Shown here: in pieces, positions 39,371 through 58,964 of the stretch
Layout of the letters: each line of letters opens with the position of its first letter
Position numbering within the stretch: position 1 is the first letter of the stretch
Source of the DNA: the human T2T-CHM13v2.0 reference genome, Homo sapiens
Assembly (NCBI RefSeq): GCF_009914755.1
Contig: NC_060940.1
DNA: 64,000 bases
Strand: one strand, 5' to 3'
Made by a program: the position numbers and the translations under genes
Notes under the pieces: generated by a model
What the model was told of the DNA's origin: nothing
The model's input: the letters and a program-made list of their open reading frames with translations, nothing else
The model's database searches: none

Positions 39371-39980
39371 CTAGTGCGTCCGCTGGTGCTGGCCCAGGTT
39401 GGAGCTTTGCGCTAGGGCCCTGCCACACTGCAGGCAGACGCAGGGGTGCTGCTGTGGGCCGCCTAGTGGATGGGCAGGTGGGAGCTGTGGCCGAAGGTCT
39501 GGCCACACTCACCACCAAGCATCAGGTTTCCGGACTTTGTGACTGTGCTGGTGCCGCAGCAGATTCCAACTGTGCACAAAACTCTTACTACAAACAAGGC
39601 ACTTAGAGGCCTTCTCACCCATGTGGAGCGCAGGTGCTGCAACAGGGTGGAGCCAAGGCTGAGACTCTTGCCGCAGTCCCCTCAGCGGTAAGGCTTTTAG
39701 CGGTGTGAGCGCGCTGGTGCTGGATCAGGTTGGAGCTGACGCTGAAAGTCTTACCACACTAGGCACAGGCATAGGGCCGAAGCGATGGTCACACTCGGGG
39801 CAGGAGTACGGCTTTTCACCGGTGTGTACCCAGTGGTGCTTAACCAGATCAGAGCCACATCGGAAGCTTCTGCCATAACCCGGACAACGGTAAGGCTTGT
39901 CACCAGAGGGGCTGCCTTGGTGGTGAATGAAGCCGGGGAGGCAGGCTGTGGTCAGTCCACATTTCCGGCACTCGCAGGTT
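39371..39980 (-). pseudogene. Decayed C2H2 zinc-finger gene (about 8 fingers, stops and frameshifts)
   Basis: Hand translation: CRKCGLTTACLPGFIHHQGSPSGDKPYRCPGYGRSFRCGSDLVKHHWVHTGEKPYSCPECDHRF / [25 protein letters not shown] / KPYR*GDCGKSLSLGSTLLQHLR / HMGEKASKCLVCSKSFVHSWNLLRHQHSH / ECGQTFGHSSHLPIH*AAH / CVCLQCGRALAQSSNLGQHQRTH*. Confidence 0.9.
39785..39889 (+). CDS. ARMC5: Alternative first coding exon of a long ARMC5 isoform (MVTLGAGVRLFTGVYPVVLNQIRATSEASAITRTT)
   Basis: gcgATGg Kozak context, donor ACG|gtaagg, 105 nt; with 40242-40364 and 40856-40912 adds 95 aa, giving 1030 aa (the recalled long-isoform size). Confidence 0.6.
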
Positions 39981-40241
39981 TTGGGGCTTGTAGACGGTTG
40001 CTCTTGGCAAAGGCTTCTTCCTCCCCAGGGCTAGAGCCTGACCATTTTCCGGGCGGGCAGCTGCCCCGACCACACCAGGAAGGGCTGCTCAGGCGGAGCC
40101 ACCTCGCAATCCAGGGGTGACCTGGGGGCTCCCCGGGACGCGAATGTCCCGCTCCCCCGCCGCCCCGCCCCGTCCGGATTCTCCCTCGCCTCTTCTGGCG
40201 CGGCCGACTGCGCTGCGAGTGAAGAACTCCCCGTTTCCTAG

Positions 40242-41410
<1,169 letters not shown>

Positions 41411-41733
41411 TAGAAAGATTAGGTTTGCAACTCCCTTGCTCTCTAGACCCGGGCAGTCTGGAGTTCTTTGTGTCCTATCCCGGAATAACGTGCTTTGTGA
41501 TGGCGCATCGCTCCTGTTTCTCAATCTGTTGTGCCCCGTGACGTCACTGCACTCTCTATAGATGAGAGAGAGCCCTCCCAGACCAGATAATTGTAGCCAT
41601 TATCTAGGAATTGGTTGTTGAGGACTTCTTTCGAAGCTGGACTAGCGGAGGCCAAAGAGTTATTTGGTGACTTTTTCAGATGATTCTTACCGTCCAGTTA
41701 TGATGTTCATAGCAGACATTCAGTGCCCAACTA

Positions 41734-42144
<411 letters not shown>

Positions 42145-42743
42145 TCAGTAGTCGCTTAGGAAGCAGGAAAAAATAAATAAAAATAATTAAAACCAGCACA
42201 GTAAGAACAAATCCTAGCAAAACATAAGCTTTTCTGTTTACCAGCTAAATTGGTGCCTCCTAGTGGCAATGTGTGAAAGCAGTTTACATGTCACTACCTG
42301 CCTTCCACGAAATTATGCTAGTTTTGATGACATCTTAACTTTTCGGATAAAGGGAAGCATTAATATATTTAAAATTTACATAAAATGTATCTGGACCATA
42401 TATGTTTGACAAGAGCTTTGGTTATTAAATAACCCCCATCATTCAGCTACTATTTTTCATCTTAAATATCTTCTGAATTTATCTGCTTCTCTCTCTTCCT
42501 ACTTCCATTGTGTGCCCAGAGACTGGTATCTCTGTGCTGTGTGATGCCAGTAGCTGGGTTGGTTCAAGCTATTGTCTTTTCATGCTTGGACTATTATGAC
42601 AGCCTTTTGACTCCCCCCTTCCTATTCTTTCCCCATAATGCATTCTCCCTATGGATGTCAGATTGTATCGTGTCACTCCCCTTCATAAAACCCTTGTGTG
42701 GCCCCCAGTGCCTTCACATTCAAGTCCTGACCCCTTGGCCTGA

Positions 42744-43211
<468 letters not shown>

Positions 43212-43272
43212 TGAAAGCCTTCCAGGCCCTCTCAGGCCACATTCTCCAGGTTATTGATGTGAGAGACAGTAA

Positions 43273-43428
<156 letters not shown>

Positions 43429-43472
43429 TGAGGTTGGGGTCTGCTAGGGCTTGGGGCAGAAGAAAGGCTTGA

Positions 43473-44306
<834 letters not shown>

Positions 44307-44421
44307 TGAGTCCCTGCCTCAGGGCTTGGGAGGGTGAGCAGTGCAGTGATGTGGGGTTTGTGTCTGTCTTGGTCCTCTTCACTACCTCCACCCCTATTCT
44401 GTCTGAATAAGACTTTTATAA

Positions 44422-44745
<324 letters not shown>

Positions 44746-44979
44746 TAAAGTCCTGGGATTACAGGCATGAGCCACTGCACTGGCTGGATCTACCTTTTAA
44801 CCTTGGTTCCACGCCAGCACCTTTGAACTTTGGGCCCCAGACAAGTTCACTGGGAGGTGGGATATACGCTGGTTAAGATGGTGGGCTCTGGAGTCCAAGT
44901 TCTTACTCTCTTACCATCACTCATGAGCTGAAGCATCACAGGAAAGCTGAGGAACTCTTTATTTTTTTTTAAACATTAG

Positions 44980-45129
<150 letters not shown>

Positions 45130-45532
45130 TGACCCCTGTACTCTACACTAGCCCCACACTAACATAACTCATGGTACTCTTACTTCTTGTCTGCTTCTTC
45201 TCACTGGAACATAAACTCCAGGGGGACAGGCACTTTGTTCAGTGCTTCTACCCAGCACCTAAAGAACGGCTTGGCACGTGACAGGCATCAGTAATTACTG
45301 AATGAGGTTTTAGTCGTATCCCCCTCTCACTTCCGTTTCTCCCCTTTCTCCGCCCTCCTTCTCTCCCCTGGCTTTACCTCCCTCCAAGACAGCTTTTAGC
45401 TCATGCAGTGGCTCACGCCTGTAATCCTAGCACCTTGGGAGGCCAAGGCAGGAGGATCGCTTGAGCACAGGAGTCCGAGACCAGCCTGGGCAACATAGCG
45501 AGACCCATCTCTACAAAACATTTAAAAAATTA

Positions 45533-45655
<123 letters not shown>

Positions 45656-45737
45656 CTATAGAGGGATACCACATTTCTTTAAAAAAAAAAAAAAAAAAAA
45701 AAAAGACGCCTCACGCCTCTTGGACTCTGCCCCTTAA

Positions 45738-46589
<852 letters not shown>

Positions 46590-46693
46590 CTGCTCCCCAC
46601 CAGCACGCTGACCTGTGAACCCCAGCCTCACCATCACCCCCAGCACTGCCAGGGACTGCCCTGTCTGCTGTGCCCTGACCACAGGCTGCTTCA

Positions 46694-47020
46694 TGGCGTT
46701 ACTGCTAGACCAAGGAGCCCTTCTGCTGGCCCTGTCCGGGCATAACAGAAGGCTCGCACTCTTGTCTTCTGGTCACACCTCACTATGTCCCCTCAGCTCC
46801 TATCTCTGTATGGCCTGGTTTTTCCCAGGTTATGATTATAGAGCGAGGATTATTACAATATTGGGATAAAGAGTAATTACTACAAACTAATGATTAATGA
46901 TATTCATATATCTCTAAGATCTATATCTGGTATAACTATTCTTGTTTTATATTGTATTATACTGGAACAGCTCGTGTCCTCCGTCTCTTGCCTCGGCGCC
47001 TGGGTGGCTTGCCGCCCACA
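46694..47020 (-). mobile_element. Truncated ERVK LTR (LTR13-like) in ARMC5 intron 4
   Basis: Minus strand begins TGTGGGCGGCAAGCCACCCAGGCGCCGAGGCAAGAGAC followed by an AT-rich block; family name from recall. Confidence 0.65.
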
Positions 47021-47200
47021 CTTCAGGGGCCCAGACTTACACCCTGACTGTCCCACCTTCTGTCCTTGTCCTGGACCTCAGGTTCCCAGCGTCCCGAGCC
47101 CAGCACTGTCTCTTCAGTGCCCTGATTTCTCACCCAGAGGTTTCACCCTCCTTCATCTCACGGGCCCAGAGCCCTGTCTCACTCACCCCACCTGTCTTAG

Positions 47201-47371
<171 letters not shown>

Positions 47372-47374
47372 TGA

Positions 47375-48277
<903 letters not shown>

Positions 48278-48532
48278 ACTGTTGACGTCCCCTGGGAAGG
48301 GGACCCAAGGATGAATTGGCTGTGAAGGATCCTCCCTGAGACTGGCAAGGGAGGAGGCTGAGCAGAAGGAGTCATCATGGAGGAGCGGTGAGAACATGGA
48401 ACCGGACTCCAAGATGACGATCTAAAGACCCGGGAGCGAGAAGCCAAGGCCAGGTTCTGGGTGTAGGGCCCAGAGAAGCAGAACAGCCCAGAGCCCCAGG
48501 TGCCTGGCCTGGCCTAGACCTCTGGAATTGAG

Positions 48533-48538
48533 ATTAAA
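48533..48538 (+). terminator. ARMC5: ARMC5 poly(A) signal ATTAAA followed by a GU-rich element
   Basis: ATTAAA then gtgttgtgtggtgtgt. Confidence 0.8.
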
Positions 48539-49109
48539 CAATTTGGAGTTGGATACCTGTGTTGTGTGGTGTGTCTGCTTCTGTTTCTTCGCCCACCAAG
48601 CAGGGTCTTGTTCAGGTCTTTGTGTCTGGACACAGACCACCCTTGCATGTGACAGTTTAATAAGTACTGGGACAAGGTTGAGTTCCCAGGCTGCTGCTTA
48701 GGATGTGGTTTTGGGCCTCAGGGGAAGCCTGCTTCCTGCTGTCAGGGCCTCACTCCTCTGACATAGCAACCCAACTGGACACACAGATCTTGCTTGGGGC
48801 TGAAAGGGTTGTGCTGAGGGAATGCTGTTAGTCTGATGATGTGTTGAAGGCCTTTGCATTACTGACTGTTGCCCATCTTGGGCCCCCATTCTTTGGCTCC
48901 CTTTTCATCTCCTGGGCCACGTGTCCTACTGCTGTCTGTCTGAGGGAAGACCTGCTGTGGAGGGAATCTCTGAGCCCTGTCTTAGTCATGCCCAGAGACA
49001 GACAAAGACCTGTGCTGGCGTTGAGGGGAGGGAAGGGCTCACATTGCTTTGGTCTCCAAGGCAGGGTCTCCATCATCTGGCTTCCAGATCTTTTTTTTTT
49101 TTTTTTTTT

Positions 49110-49925
49110 TTGACTATTATTTTGCTTTAGATTCAGGGGGCACGTGCATGTTTGTTACACGGGTGTATTGTGTACTGGGGAGGATTGGGTTTCTAGTGAA
49201 CCCATTACCCAAAGAGTGAACACTATACCCACTAGGCAATTTTCCAGCCTTTGCCCCGCACCTACCTGCCCCCCTTTTGGAGTCCCCAGTGTCTGTTTCT
49301 ATCTTCATGCCCCTGTGTACCCATTGCTTAGTTCCCACTTATAACGGAGAACATGCAGTATTTGGTTTTCTGTGTCTGAGTTAGTTTACTTAGGATAATG
49401 GCCTCCAGCTCCATTCATGTTCCTGCAAAGGACGTTATTTCATTTTTTAAGGCTGTGTACTATTCCATGGTGTATATGTACCACATTTTCCTTTTTTTTT
49501 TTTAAGAGACAGGGTCTTGCTATGTTGCCCAGGCTGGTCTCAAAATCCTAAGTTCAAGCAGTTCTCCTGCCTCAGACTCCTAAAATGCTGGGATTTATAG
49601 GCACGAGCCACTGTGCCAGCCAACATTTTCTTTATTCAGTCACCCATTGATGGATACTTAGGTTGGGTCCATGACTTTGCTATTGTGAATAGTACTGCAA
49701 TAAACACAATGAGTCCAGCTGTCTTTTACATGATTTCTTTTCCTGTGGGTAGATGCTCGTTAGTGGGATTTCTGAGTCAAATGATAGTTCTAGTTGTAGG
49801 TCTTTGAGAAATCTCTATGCTGTTTTCCAGAGAGGTTGAGCTAATTTACATTCCCACCAACAGTGTATAAGTATTCCTCTTTCTCCACATTCATGCCAAC
49901 ATCTGTTGCTCTTTTACTGTTTAAT
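49110..49925 (-). mobile_element. L1P/L1PB-type 3' end interrupted by a partial Alu
   Basis: gagaacatgcagtatttggttttctg, taatttacattcccaccaacagtgtataag. Confidence 0.75.
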
Positions 49926-50087
49926 AATTGGCTTGCAGATTTTTGACTCCTCAGTGGCAGCCTGATTTTGGGGAGAGCTGCACTGGGCCTGCCAAGGTTT
50001 GCTTCTGGGCAGCTGAGGTTGGCACTTGCTGTCTCTGAGCCTCTGTGAGTGTTGGTCCAGGTCTCTGGTTTTCAGGCTATGCATTAG

Positions 50088-52589
<2,502 letters not shown>

Positions 52590-53299
52590 TGATACTCACA
52601 TTCCAGTGCTCAGATCTGTCCAGAAGAGTGGCTGCAGCACAGTTGTCTGTCCATAACTACCTCTATGGCCTCTCGTTTCCACCTCGTTTCTCAGGGTCTC
52701 AGTCCAGGGAAGGCCTTGCCACTTTGTGGCTGGAGACTGTGTCTTGCTTTCTGCTCTGAGTTCATCAGTAACTTGGGAAAGGGCTGTTTCAGAGCAGGCC
52801 TGGGCCACCTCAGTGCTGAGGAAGGGCTTTGTCTTGCAGGCTGGCTGGGGGTTGGTTGCCTGGGAGTGTTTTCCCCGAATTTGCAAGGGGCTTGCGCCCG
52901 GGTTCGAGTTTACGTGTGTCCATGACCAAGTCTTGGAGGGAAGGTCCTAGTGTAGAGTCTGTGGGTGGGTTCACTGTGTCTGTCCCCGTCCCTCAGATTT
53001 CTTTGTGTCTGGTATGTATGCCTCTTGGGGCCTCTATTTATCTGTCAGGGTCTCCGATGGGAGGGTCTCCGAACCTGAGGTCTAATTGAGCCTTAGAATA
53101 TCACTCCTGCTACCAATCCAAAAATTCCGTCTGGGACAAGTCTCCCAGGAATGGCATGGGTGGGAGGGAGGCTCTTGTCTAGGACTCAGGCGCTAGCTTT
53201 GAGCGGTGTCTGTTTGGGGGCCTCAGTCCGTGTCTGTAAGTCTCCCTAGGGAGCGGCTCTGGGGCTTGGTCTGGAGAAGCCACTTCTCTCTGGCTCTGG

Positions 53300-53950
53300 C
53301 CTCCTGGGGCTCCCTGCAGCTGAGGCCAAGGCTGGGGTGTGGCCGCCTCCGCGGCAGGCCGGCGGGCTGGGCTCGGGTGGGCCGGGGCGCTCCCTCCTTT
53401 CCACGCCCCCACCTCGGGTTCCCCCGTTCATCGCCCCCCCATCCCCATCTCAGCGGGTCCCGGCTTCCTTACATGGTCACGGCCGGGCTTCCAGCTCCCG
53501 GACGTCCCCCGCCCCCCGCCCCCACCGGACACGGCCCCCGCCCTGTTCGCCCCGCGCCACCGGCCCGCGCCCCGCCATGGAGGACCTGGGTGAGTGGGGC
53601 CGGATCCCCGGGTCCGTGGCCCCTCACCGCTGCCCAGAGCTGCCTCCCCGCCGTCGCTCTCCCGCATCTCCCCATCCCTGTCTTCTTATTTCTGCTTTTC
53701 GCCTCTGCCCGCGCCTCCTTTCCAACTCCACGTCCCCCTTCCTGCCTCTCCCTTCCTGCCTTTCCTGGGCCGGCCGCTCCCTCCCTTCTTCCCTCGCTGT
53801 GCTCCTCCATCCCAGGCTGCGGCAGATGGAACGGGAGGTGCGGCGCCCGCGGGCGCCCGGGCGCGGGGCTCTGGGGAGGGAGGGGTTAAAGGGGCCTCGG
53901 CCCGGGGACCGGGAAAGTAGAGGGCACGGGAAAGTCTGGCATCAAGTTTT
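53300..53950 (+). promoter_or_regulatory. TGFB1I1: TGFB1I1 CpG-island promoter with CArG-like CCTTACATGG (53467-53476)
   Basis: CpG density, GC boxes; near-consensus SRF site 100 nt upstream of the ATG. Confidence 0.75.
53577..53589 (+). CDS. TGFB1I1: TGFB1I1 (Hic-5) exon 1 (MEDL)
   Basis: gccATGG Kozak; G|gtgagt; start of paxillin-family LD1 motif. Confidence 0.93.
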
Positions 53951-54828
53951 GGAGAAAAAAAGCGGGCCTGCCTGCACCAGAGTTTTGGGAGAGGAGGAGT
54001 TAAGGGCTCCTGAGCACAGTGAGGGTCAGGTCCTTGAGGCAAGGAAGAGAATAGTAACTCAGGAGTGCCTAGGCGCCCGCGAAGGCTTCAGGGTTTCACG
54101 CGGGTGCTCAGAGACGAAGACTGAGGGCAGGACTTCTGGGTTCTGGAAGTGAAAGGGCTCAAAAGACCCGGATCTGGGGATGCAGGGATGGAGAGAGGTG
54201 TCTTGTCCGGAAGGGGGACCCAGGTATCTCGTCCTCCCTGCGAAGCCTGGGGCTGGAAGGCTGTGCGCTCCACGGGAGAGAGGGGCTTCCGGCCCCTGGC
54301 GGTAGAGGGCGCTGCTCGGTAGGGGTAACTGACGCTGTACCGCAGATAAACAGCCAATCAGAAGGCAGGTCCCAGCGAAGCGCCAGTGAGGAGCCCAGGG
54401 CGGGACTCAGGGGCCTGGGAGTGGCCAGGCTGGGCGGGGCCTGTGTAGGTAGAGGGAGGAGTTAACCAGCATGGAAGAGAGAGCGTCCAATCAGAAAGCT
54501 GAGGGCCAGGCACTGGGCCAATGGAGCAATTTGGAGGGGAGCCAAATTTGGCTTGGGTGAAGAGCCCATTTTGACTGCATCAGAGAAGATGGGGAGAATA
54601 AAATAATCAGGAGGCTGGGTTTGTGCTTGGCTCCAAGCGTGAGCAACTGGGATATTCTGGTCATAAATATTCCTTGCTACCCTTCGAGCAGTGCTCTGCC
54701 TGGCTCTGGCCCTGTGACCTCTTCTCTTAATACTGGCTTCTGTCCTTCTCCAGTACTGCCCACTGGGAACCTTATCTTCTGATCTAACCGTGACCCTTGT
54801 CTCTCTCCCTGATGGCCTCTTCCTGCAG

Positions 54829-54944
54829 ATGCCCTGCTCTCTGACCTGGAGACTACCACCTCGCACATGCCAAGGTCAGGGGCTCCCAAAGAGCGCCCTG
54901 CGGAGCCTCTCACCCCTCCCCCATCCTATGGCCACCAGCCACAG
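54829..54944 (+). CDS. TGFB1I1: TGFB1I1 exon 2 (DALLSDLETTTSHMPRSG...)
   Basis: ctgcag / gtgaga, 116 nt; LD1 motif. Confidence 0.95.
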
Positions 54945-55069
54945 GTGAGATCGGATGTTGGGGACTGGGGCAGCCACTAGGGCCAGGCTCGGCCTGGTCT
55001 ATGGGGATCTCAGCCTCAGTGGGGCAGAGTGCAGGCCTGTCATCCCACCTGTGCGTCTCCGCTCTGTAG

Positions 55070-55122
55070 ACAGGGTCTGGGGAGTCTTCAGGAGCCTCGG
55101 GGGACAAGGACCACCTGTACAG
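55070..55122 (+). CDS. TGFB1I1: TGFB1I1 exon 3
   Basis: ctgtag / gtgagg, 53 nt. Confidence 0.9.
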
Positions 55123-55222
55123 GTGAGGGGCCTGGAAACCAGGGCATGGGGGCCAACTGAGTCTCAGGTGAGGAGGCTTGGATTCCCCACCCCTGAACCC
55201 AGGCTCCCACTCTGCTTCCCAG

Positions 55223-55365
55223 CACGGTATGCAAGCCTCGGTCCCCAAAGCCTGCAGCCCCGGCGGCCCCTCCATTCTCCTCTTCCAGCGGTGTCTTGGG
55301 TACCGGGCTCTGTGAGCTAGATCGGTTGCTTCAGGAACTTAATGCCACTCAGTTCAACATCACAG
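55223..55365 (+). CDS. TGFB1I1: TGFB1I1 exon 4 (LD motif ELDRLLQEL)
   Basis: ttcccag / gtacca, 143 nt. Confidence 0.93.
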
Positions 55366-55539
55366 GTACCAGGGTGACTGAGAGAGGCCTTGATGCGATA
55401 GGGGCAGGGGAGGGAAGGGTGGGGCAGAGACTAAGAGGAATACACTTCCCAGAGTAGCAGTTAAAGGGACCTAAAGCCTCAAGTGTGAGGGTGCGTTGAG
55501 CATGGCCCTATATGTAGCGTCCTCCTCTCCTCTCTCCAG

Positions 55540-55627
55540 ATGAAATCATGTCTCAGTTCCCATCTAGCAAGGTGGCTTCAGGAGAGCAGAAGGAGGACCA
55601 GTCTGAAGATAAGAAAAGACCCAGCCT
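55540..55627 (+). CDS. TGFB1I1: TGFB1I1 exon 5
   Basis: ctccag / gtgagt, 88 nt. Confidence 0.92.
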
Positions 55628-55737
55628 GTGAGTTTGGCGTCGTTGTCAGGGCTGAGAGATGAGTCCTGGATATCTGAGTCACTAGAGGGAGCGTTGCTCT
55701 GGGAGGCTCTGAGATGACACAAGCATGTTCTTCACAG

Positions 55738-55843
55738 CCCTTCCAGCCCGTCTCCTGGCCTCCCAAAGGCTTCTGCCACCTCAGCCACTCTGGAGCTGGA
55801 TAGACTGATGGCCTCACTCTCTGACTTCCGCGTTCAAAACCAT
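55738..55843 (+). CDS. TGFB1I1: TGFB1I1 exon 6 (LD motif ELDRLMASL)
   Basis: cacag / gtgagt, 106 nt. Confidence 0.93.
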
Positions 55844-55950
55844 GTGAGTTGGGCAGTGGGCCAGTGTCCATTTGTGGCTCCCCAACCCCTTCTAGACAAT
55901 TCCACATCTGCTGCTTTGCTGACTCAATTCTCATGTCCTCCCCGCTGCAG

Positions 55951-56145
55951 CTTCCAGCCTCTGGGCCAACTCAGCCACCGGTGGTGAGCTCCACAAATGA
56001 GGGCTCCCCATCCCCACCAGAGCCGACTGGCAAGGGCAGCCTAGACACCATGCTGGGGCTGCTGCAGTCCGACCTCAGCCGCCGGGGTGTTCCCACCCAG
56101 GCCAAAGGCCTCTGTGGCTCCTGCAATAAACCTATTGCTGGGCAA
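55951..56145 (+). CDS. TGFB1I1: TGFB1I1 exon 7 (LD motif SLDTMLGLL; start of LIM1)
   Basis: ctgcag / gtaagt, 195 nt. Confidence 0.95.
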
Positions 56146-56854
56146 GTAAGTGGAGCCTTGTGAGAAGGGAGGCAGAGACCTGTCACAGACCCATCTTTAG
56201 TGAGAGCTGGGCTTTATGCTGTTCCCTTTTAGTAAGTTAATCTGGGAAGTGGGTATCATTATTACTTATGTTTTATGGATGAGGAAACTGAAGCTCTGAA
56301 CCACACAGCAGGTTAGTGGTAGGGTGAAAATTCCAACCATGTTACCATTTATTGTGGTCCTACTGTGTGCCAGGCACTGTGCCAGCTCCTTTACAAACCC
56401 TCATCTCATCTGATCTTCACAAAACACTCTGTGGCTCCACCCAATATCTCTCAGGCATCTACAAAGGCTCTCTCTTCCTCCGTCAGAGTCTGGACTGGGT
56501 TCACTGGTCCTTGTTTTATTGACTGAGCAGATGTGATTGACAACAGCTGTGCCTAGGGGTTAACCTAGTGCCCCCTGCTAGATCAAGTACCTGACTCCCA
56601 GCCCAGAATTGCCCATCTCAGCAAAGGAGGGTGGCATTGTGACTTTTGTGGATCATAGGCACTTTCATCTTCATGAGTCCCTTCGTCCATTAAAATAAAT
56701 AGATTTTTATGTCTGTGTTGGTGTAAAGATGGGTATGTTATTATTGTGTATTACAGCATTTTCTTCTAGTTCATTTTTTTATTCTGAATTTTTAAAAACG
56801 GATTTTTCACTTCCTCCCTCTTATTTATTTTGAGGCAAATTCTCACTCTTGTGA

Positions 56855-57052
<198 letters not shown>

Positions 57053-57399
57053 TAATCCTCCCACCTCAGCCTCCCAAATGCTAGGATTAGAGGCACGAGC
57101 CACCCAGCCTGATCGTATTTTGATTTTAAAAAAATTAAAACGTTTTTATGGGCCCCTAAATGTATTGTGGGCTCCAGGCGCTGTGCCTGCTGTGCCTCAT
57201 GTATAGGTCAATCCTGGAGCGCAGCTGGAAGACGGAACACGGGAGCTAGATCTCCATCGCTTACAGGCTGCGTGATCTCGAACACTGGATTCTTTATTCT
57301 GATCGCTCAGAGAGGACTCGAAAAACGCCGCGTAAATCTTGCCTCACTGGGCATGTGGTTGTCAGAGCCGCTCTGACCCGCCTCACCTCCCACTCGCAG

Positions 57400-57573
57400 G
57401 TGGTGACGGCTCTGGGCCGCGCCTGGCACCCCGAGCACTTCGTTTGCGGAGGCTGTTCCACCGCCCTGGGAGGCAGCAGCTTCTTCGAGAAGGATGGAGC
57501 CCCCTTCTGCCCCGAGTGCTACTTTGAGCGCTTCTCGCCAAGATGTGGCTTCTGCAACCAGCCCATCCGACAC
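57400..57573 (+). CDS. TGFB1I1: TGFB1I1 exon 8 (LIM1/LIM2)
   Basis: cgcag / gtgagc, 174 nt; WHPEHFVC. Confidence 0.96.
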
Positions 57574-57868
57574 GTGAGCCCCGCCCGGCCGCACCGAGCC
57601 CGCCCTATCTCACCAGGAGAGCTGTGGGACGGGCCTCCACCGCATGGGTCCCGCCCCACCCGCGATACCCCACTCCACCCCTACCCCTTCCCCTTGGCAA
57701 TGTCCACGGCCCCTTGGACTCCACTCTTCCTTTCTGACCCCCACGTTCCTAGTTAGATCTTCTCCCCCTCCCCCCACGCATGCCTTAGTCCAGTCACCCG
57801 GGTTCCGCGCGGGAGAGGAAGGCGCGAAGGCACGGAGGCCGCGCTGAGTGCCCTCTCCCTCCCTGCAG

Positions 57869-57950
57869 AAGATGGTGACCGCCTTGGGCACTCACTGGCA
57901 CCCAGAGCATTTCTGCTGCGTCAGTTGCGGGGAGCCCTTCGGAGATGAGG
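57869..57950 (+). CDS. TGFB1I1: TGFB1I1 exon 9 (LIM2)
   Basis: ctgcag / gtgaga, 82 nt. Confidence 0.95.
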
Positions 57951-58249
57951 GTGAGAGTGAACTCGACTCCCATCTTAAAAGCTGCGGGTCCCCTCGACGT
58001 CTCGCCCCAGCCCCTCCGACCTCCGGAGTCCTCAGGGCCATGGTTTTCCTTCTGCTCTCTTCTGGCCCTGCCCTCTCCTACACAGACTCCGGACCCGAGC
58101 CCTCCCCGCTCTGTCCCGCCATAGACCCGGCTCCTCCTTCCCCAAGGCTCCCTCGGACTGCCCCTCCTTCGGCCCCAGATCTCAGGTCTTGTGGGTCCCC
58201 CGTCCCGCCCGCACCCTTTGCTTTCAGCCCACTCGGTTCCCTCTCCTAG

Positions 58250-58398
58250 GTTTCCACGAGCGCGAGGGCCGCCCCTACTGCCGCCGGGACTTCCTGCAGC
58301 TGTTCGCCCCGCGCTGCCAGGGCTGCCAGGGCCCCATCCTGGATAACTACATCTCGGCGCTCAGCGCGCTCTGGCACCCGGACTGTTTCGTCTGCAGG
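58250..58398 (+). CDS. TGFB1I1: TGFB1I1 exon 10 (LIM2/LIM3)
   Basis: tcctag / gtgcga, 149 nt. Confidence 0.95.
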
Positions 58399-58697
58399 GT
58401 GCGAGCTGCGGGGCGGGGCGTTGGAGGGGCGGGTCAAGGGTACAGGGCTGTGGGGCGGGGCCTTGGAGGGGCGGGTCAAGGGTGCAGGGCAGGGGGCGGG
58501 CCCTCGGGGGGGCGGGTCACGGGAGGTGCTGCTAGGAACCTCGGGTGGGGCGAGTTTTCCGGGCAGGGTCCCACCGGACGGGATTCTTCGCGTCTAGGGC
58601 GGGCTGCGGGGTCCCAGGGCGTTATCCGCTAGTAACGCGCGTTGTCTGGCAGTGGCCGCTGACCTGTCTGTCCTCTTTCGCGGCTTCCCTTCCCCAG

Positions 58698-58964
58698 GAA
58701 TGCTTCGCGCCCTTCTCGGGAGGCAGCTTTTTCGAGCACGAGGGCCGCCCGTTGTGCGAGAACCACTTCCACGCACGACGCGGCTCGCTGTGCGCCACGT
58801 GTGGCCTCCCTGTGACCGGCCGCTGCGTGTCGGCCCTGGGTCGCCGCTTCCACCCGGACCACTTCACATGCACCTTCTGCCTGCGCCCGCTCACCAAGGG
58901 GTCCTTCCAGGAGCGCGCCGGCAAGCCCTACTGCCAGCCCTGCTTCCTGAAGCTCTTCGGCTGA
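58698..58964 (+). CDS. TGFB1I1: TGFB1I1 exon 11 (LIM3/LIM4; ends CFLKLFG*)
   Basis: ccccag acceptor; total CDS 1386 nt, 461 aa. Confidence 0.96.
   Translation, partial: ECFAPFSGGSFFEHEGRPLCENHFHARRGSLCATCGLPVTGRCVSALGRRFHPDHFTCTFCLRPLTKGSFQERAGKPYCQPCFLKLFG

Noticed and set aside
53206-54152. 227-aa and 271-aa ORFs over the TGFB1I1 promoter
   Set aside because: Low-complexity, stop-poor CpG-island sequence; the real exon 1 CDS is 13 nt
56125-56130. AATAAA within TGFB1I1 exon 7
   Set aside because: Encodes Asn-Lys of LIM1 and lies next to a strong donor; no sign of use as a poly(A) signal
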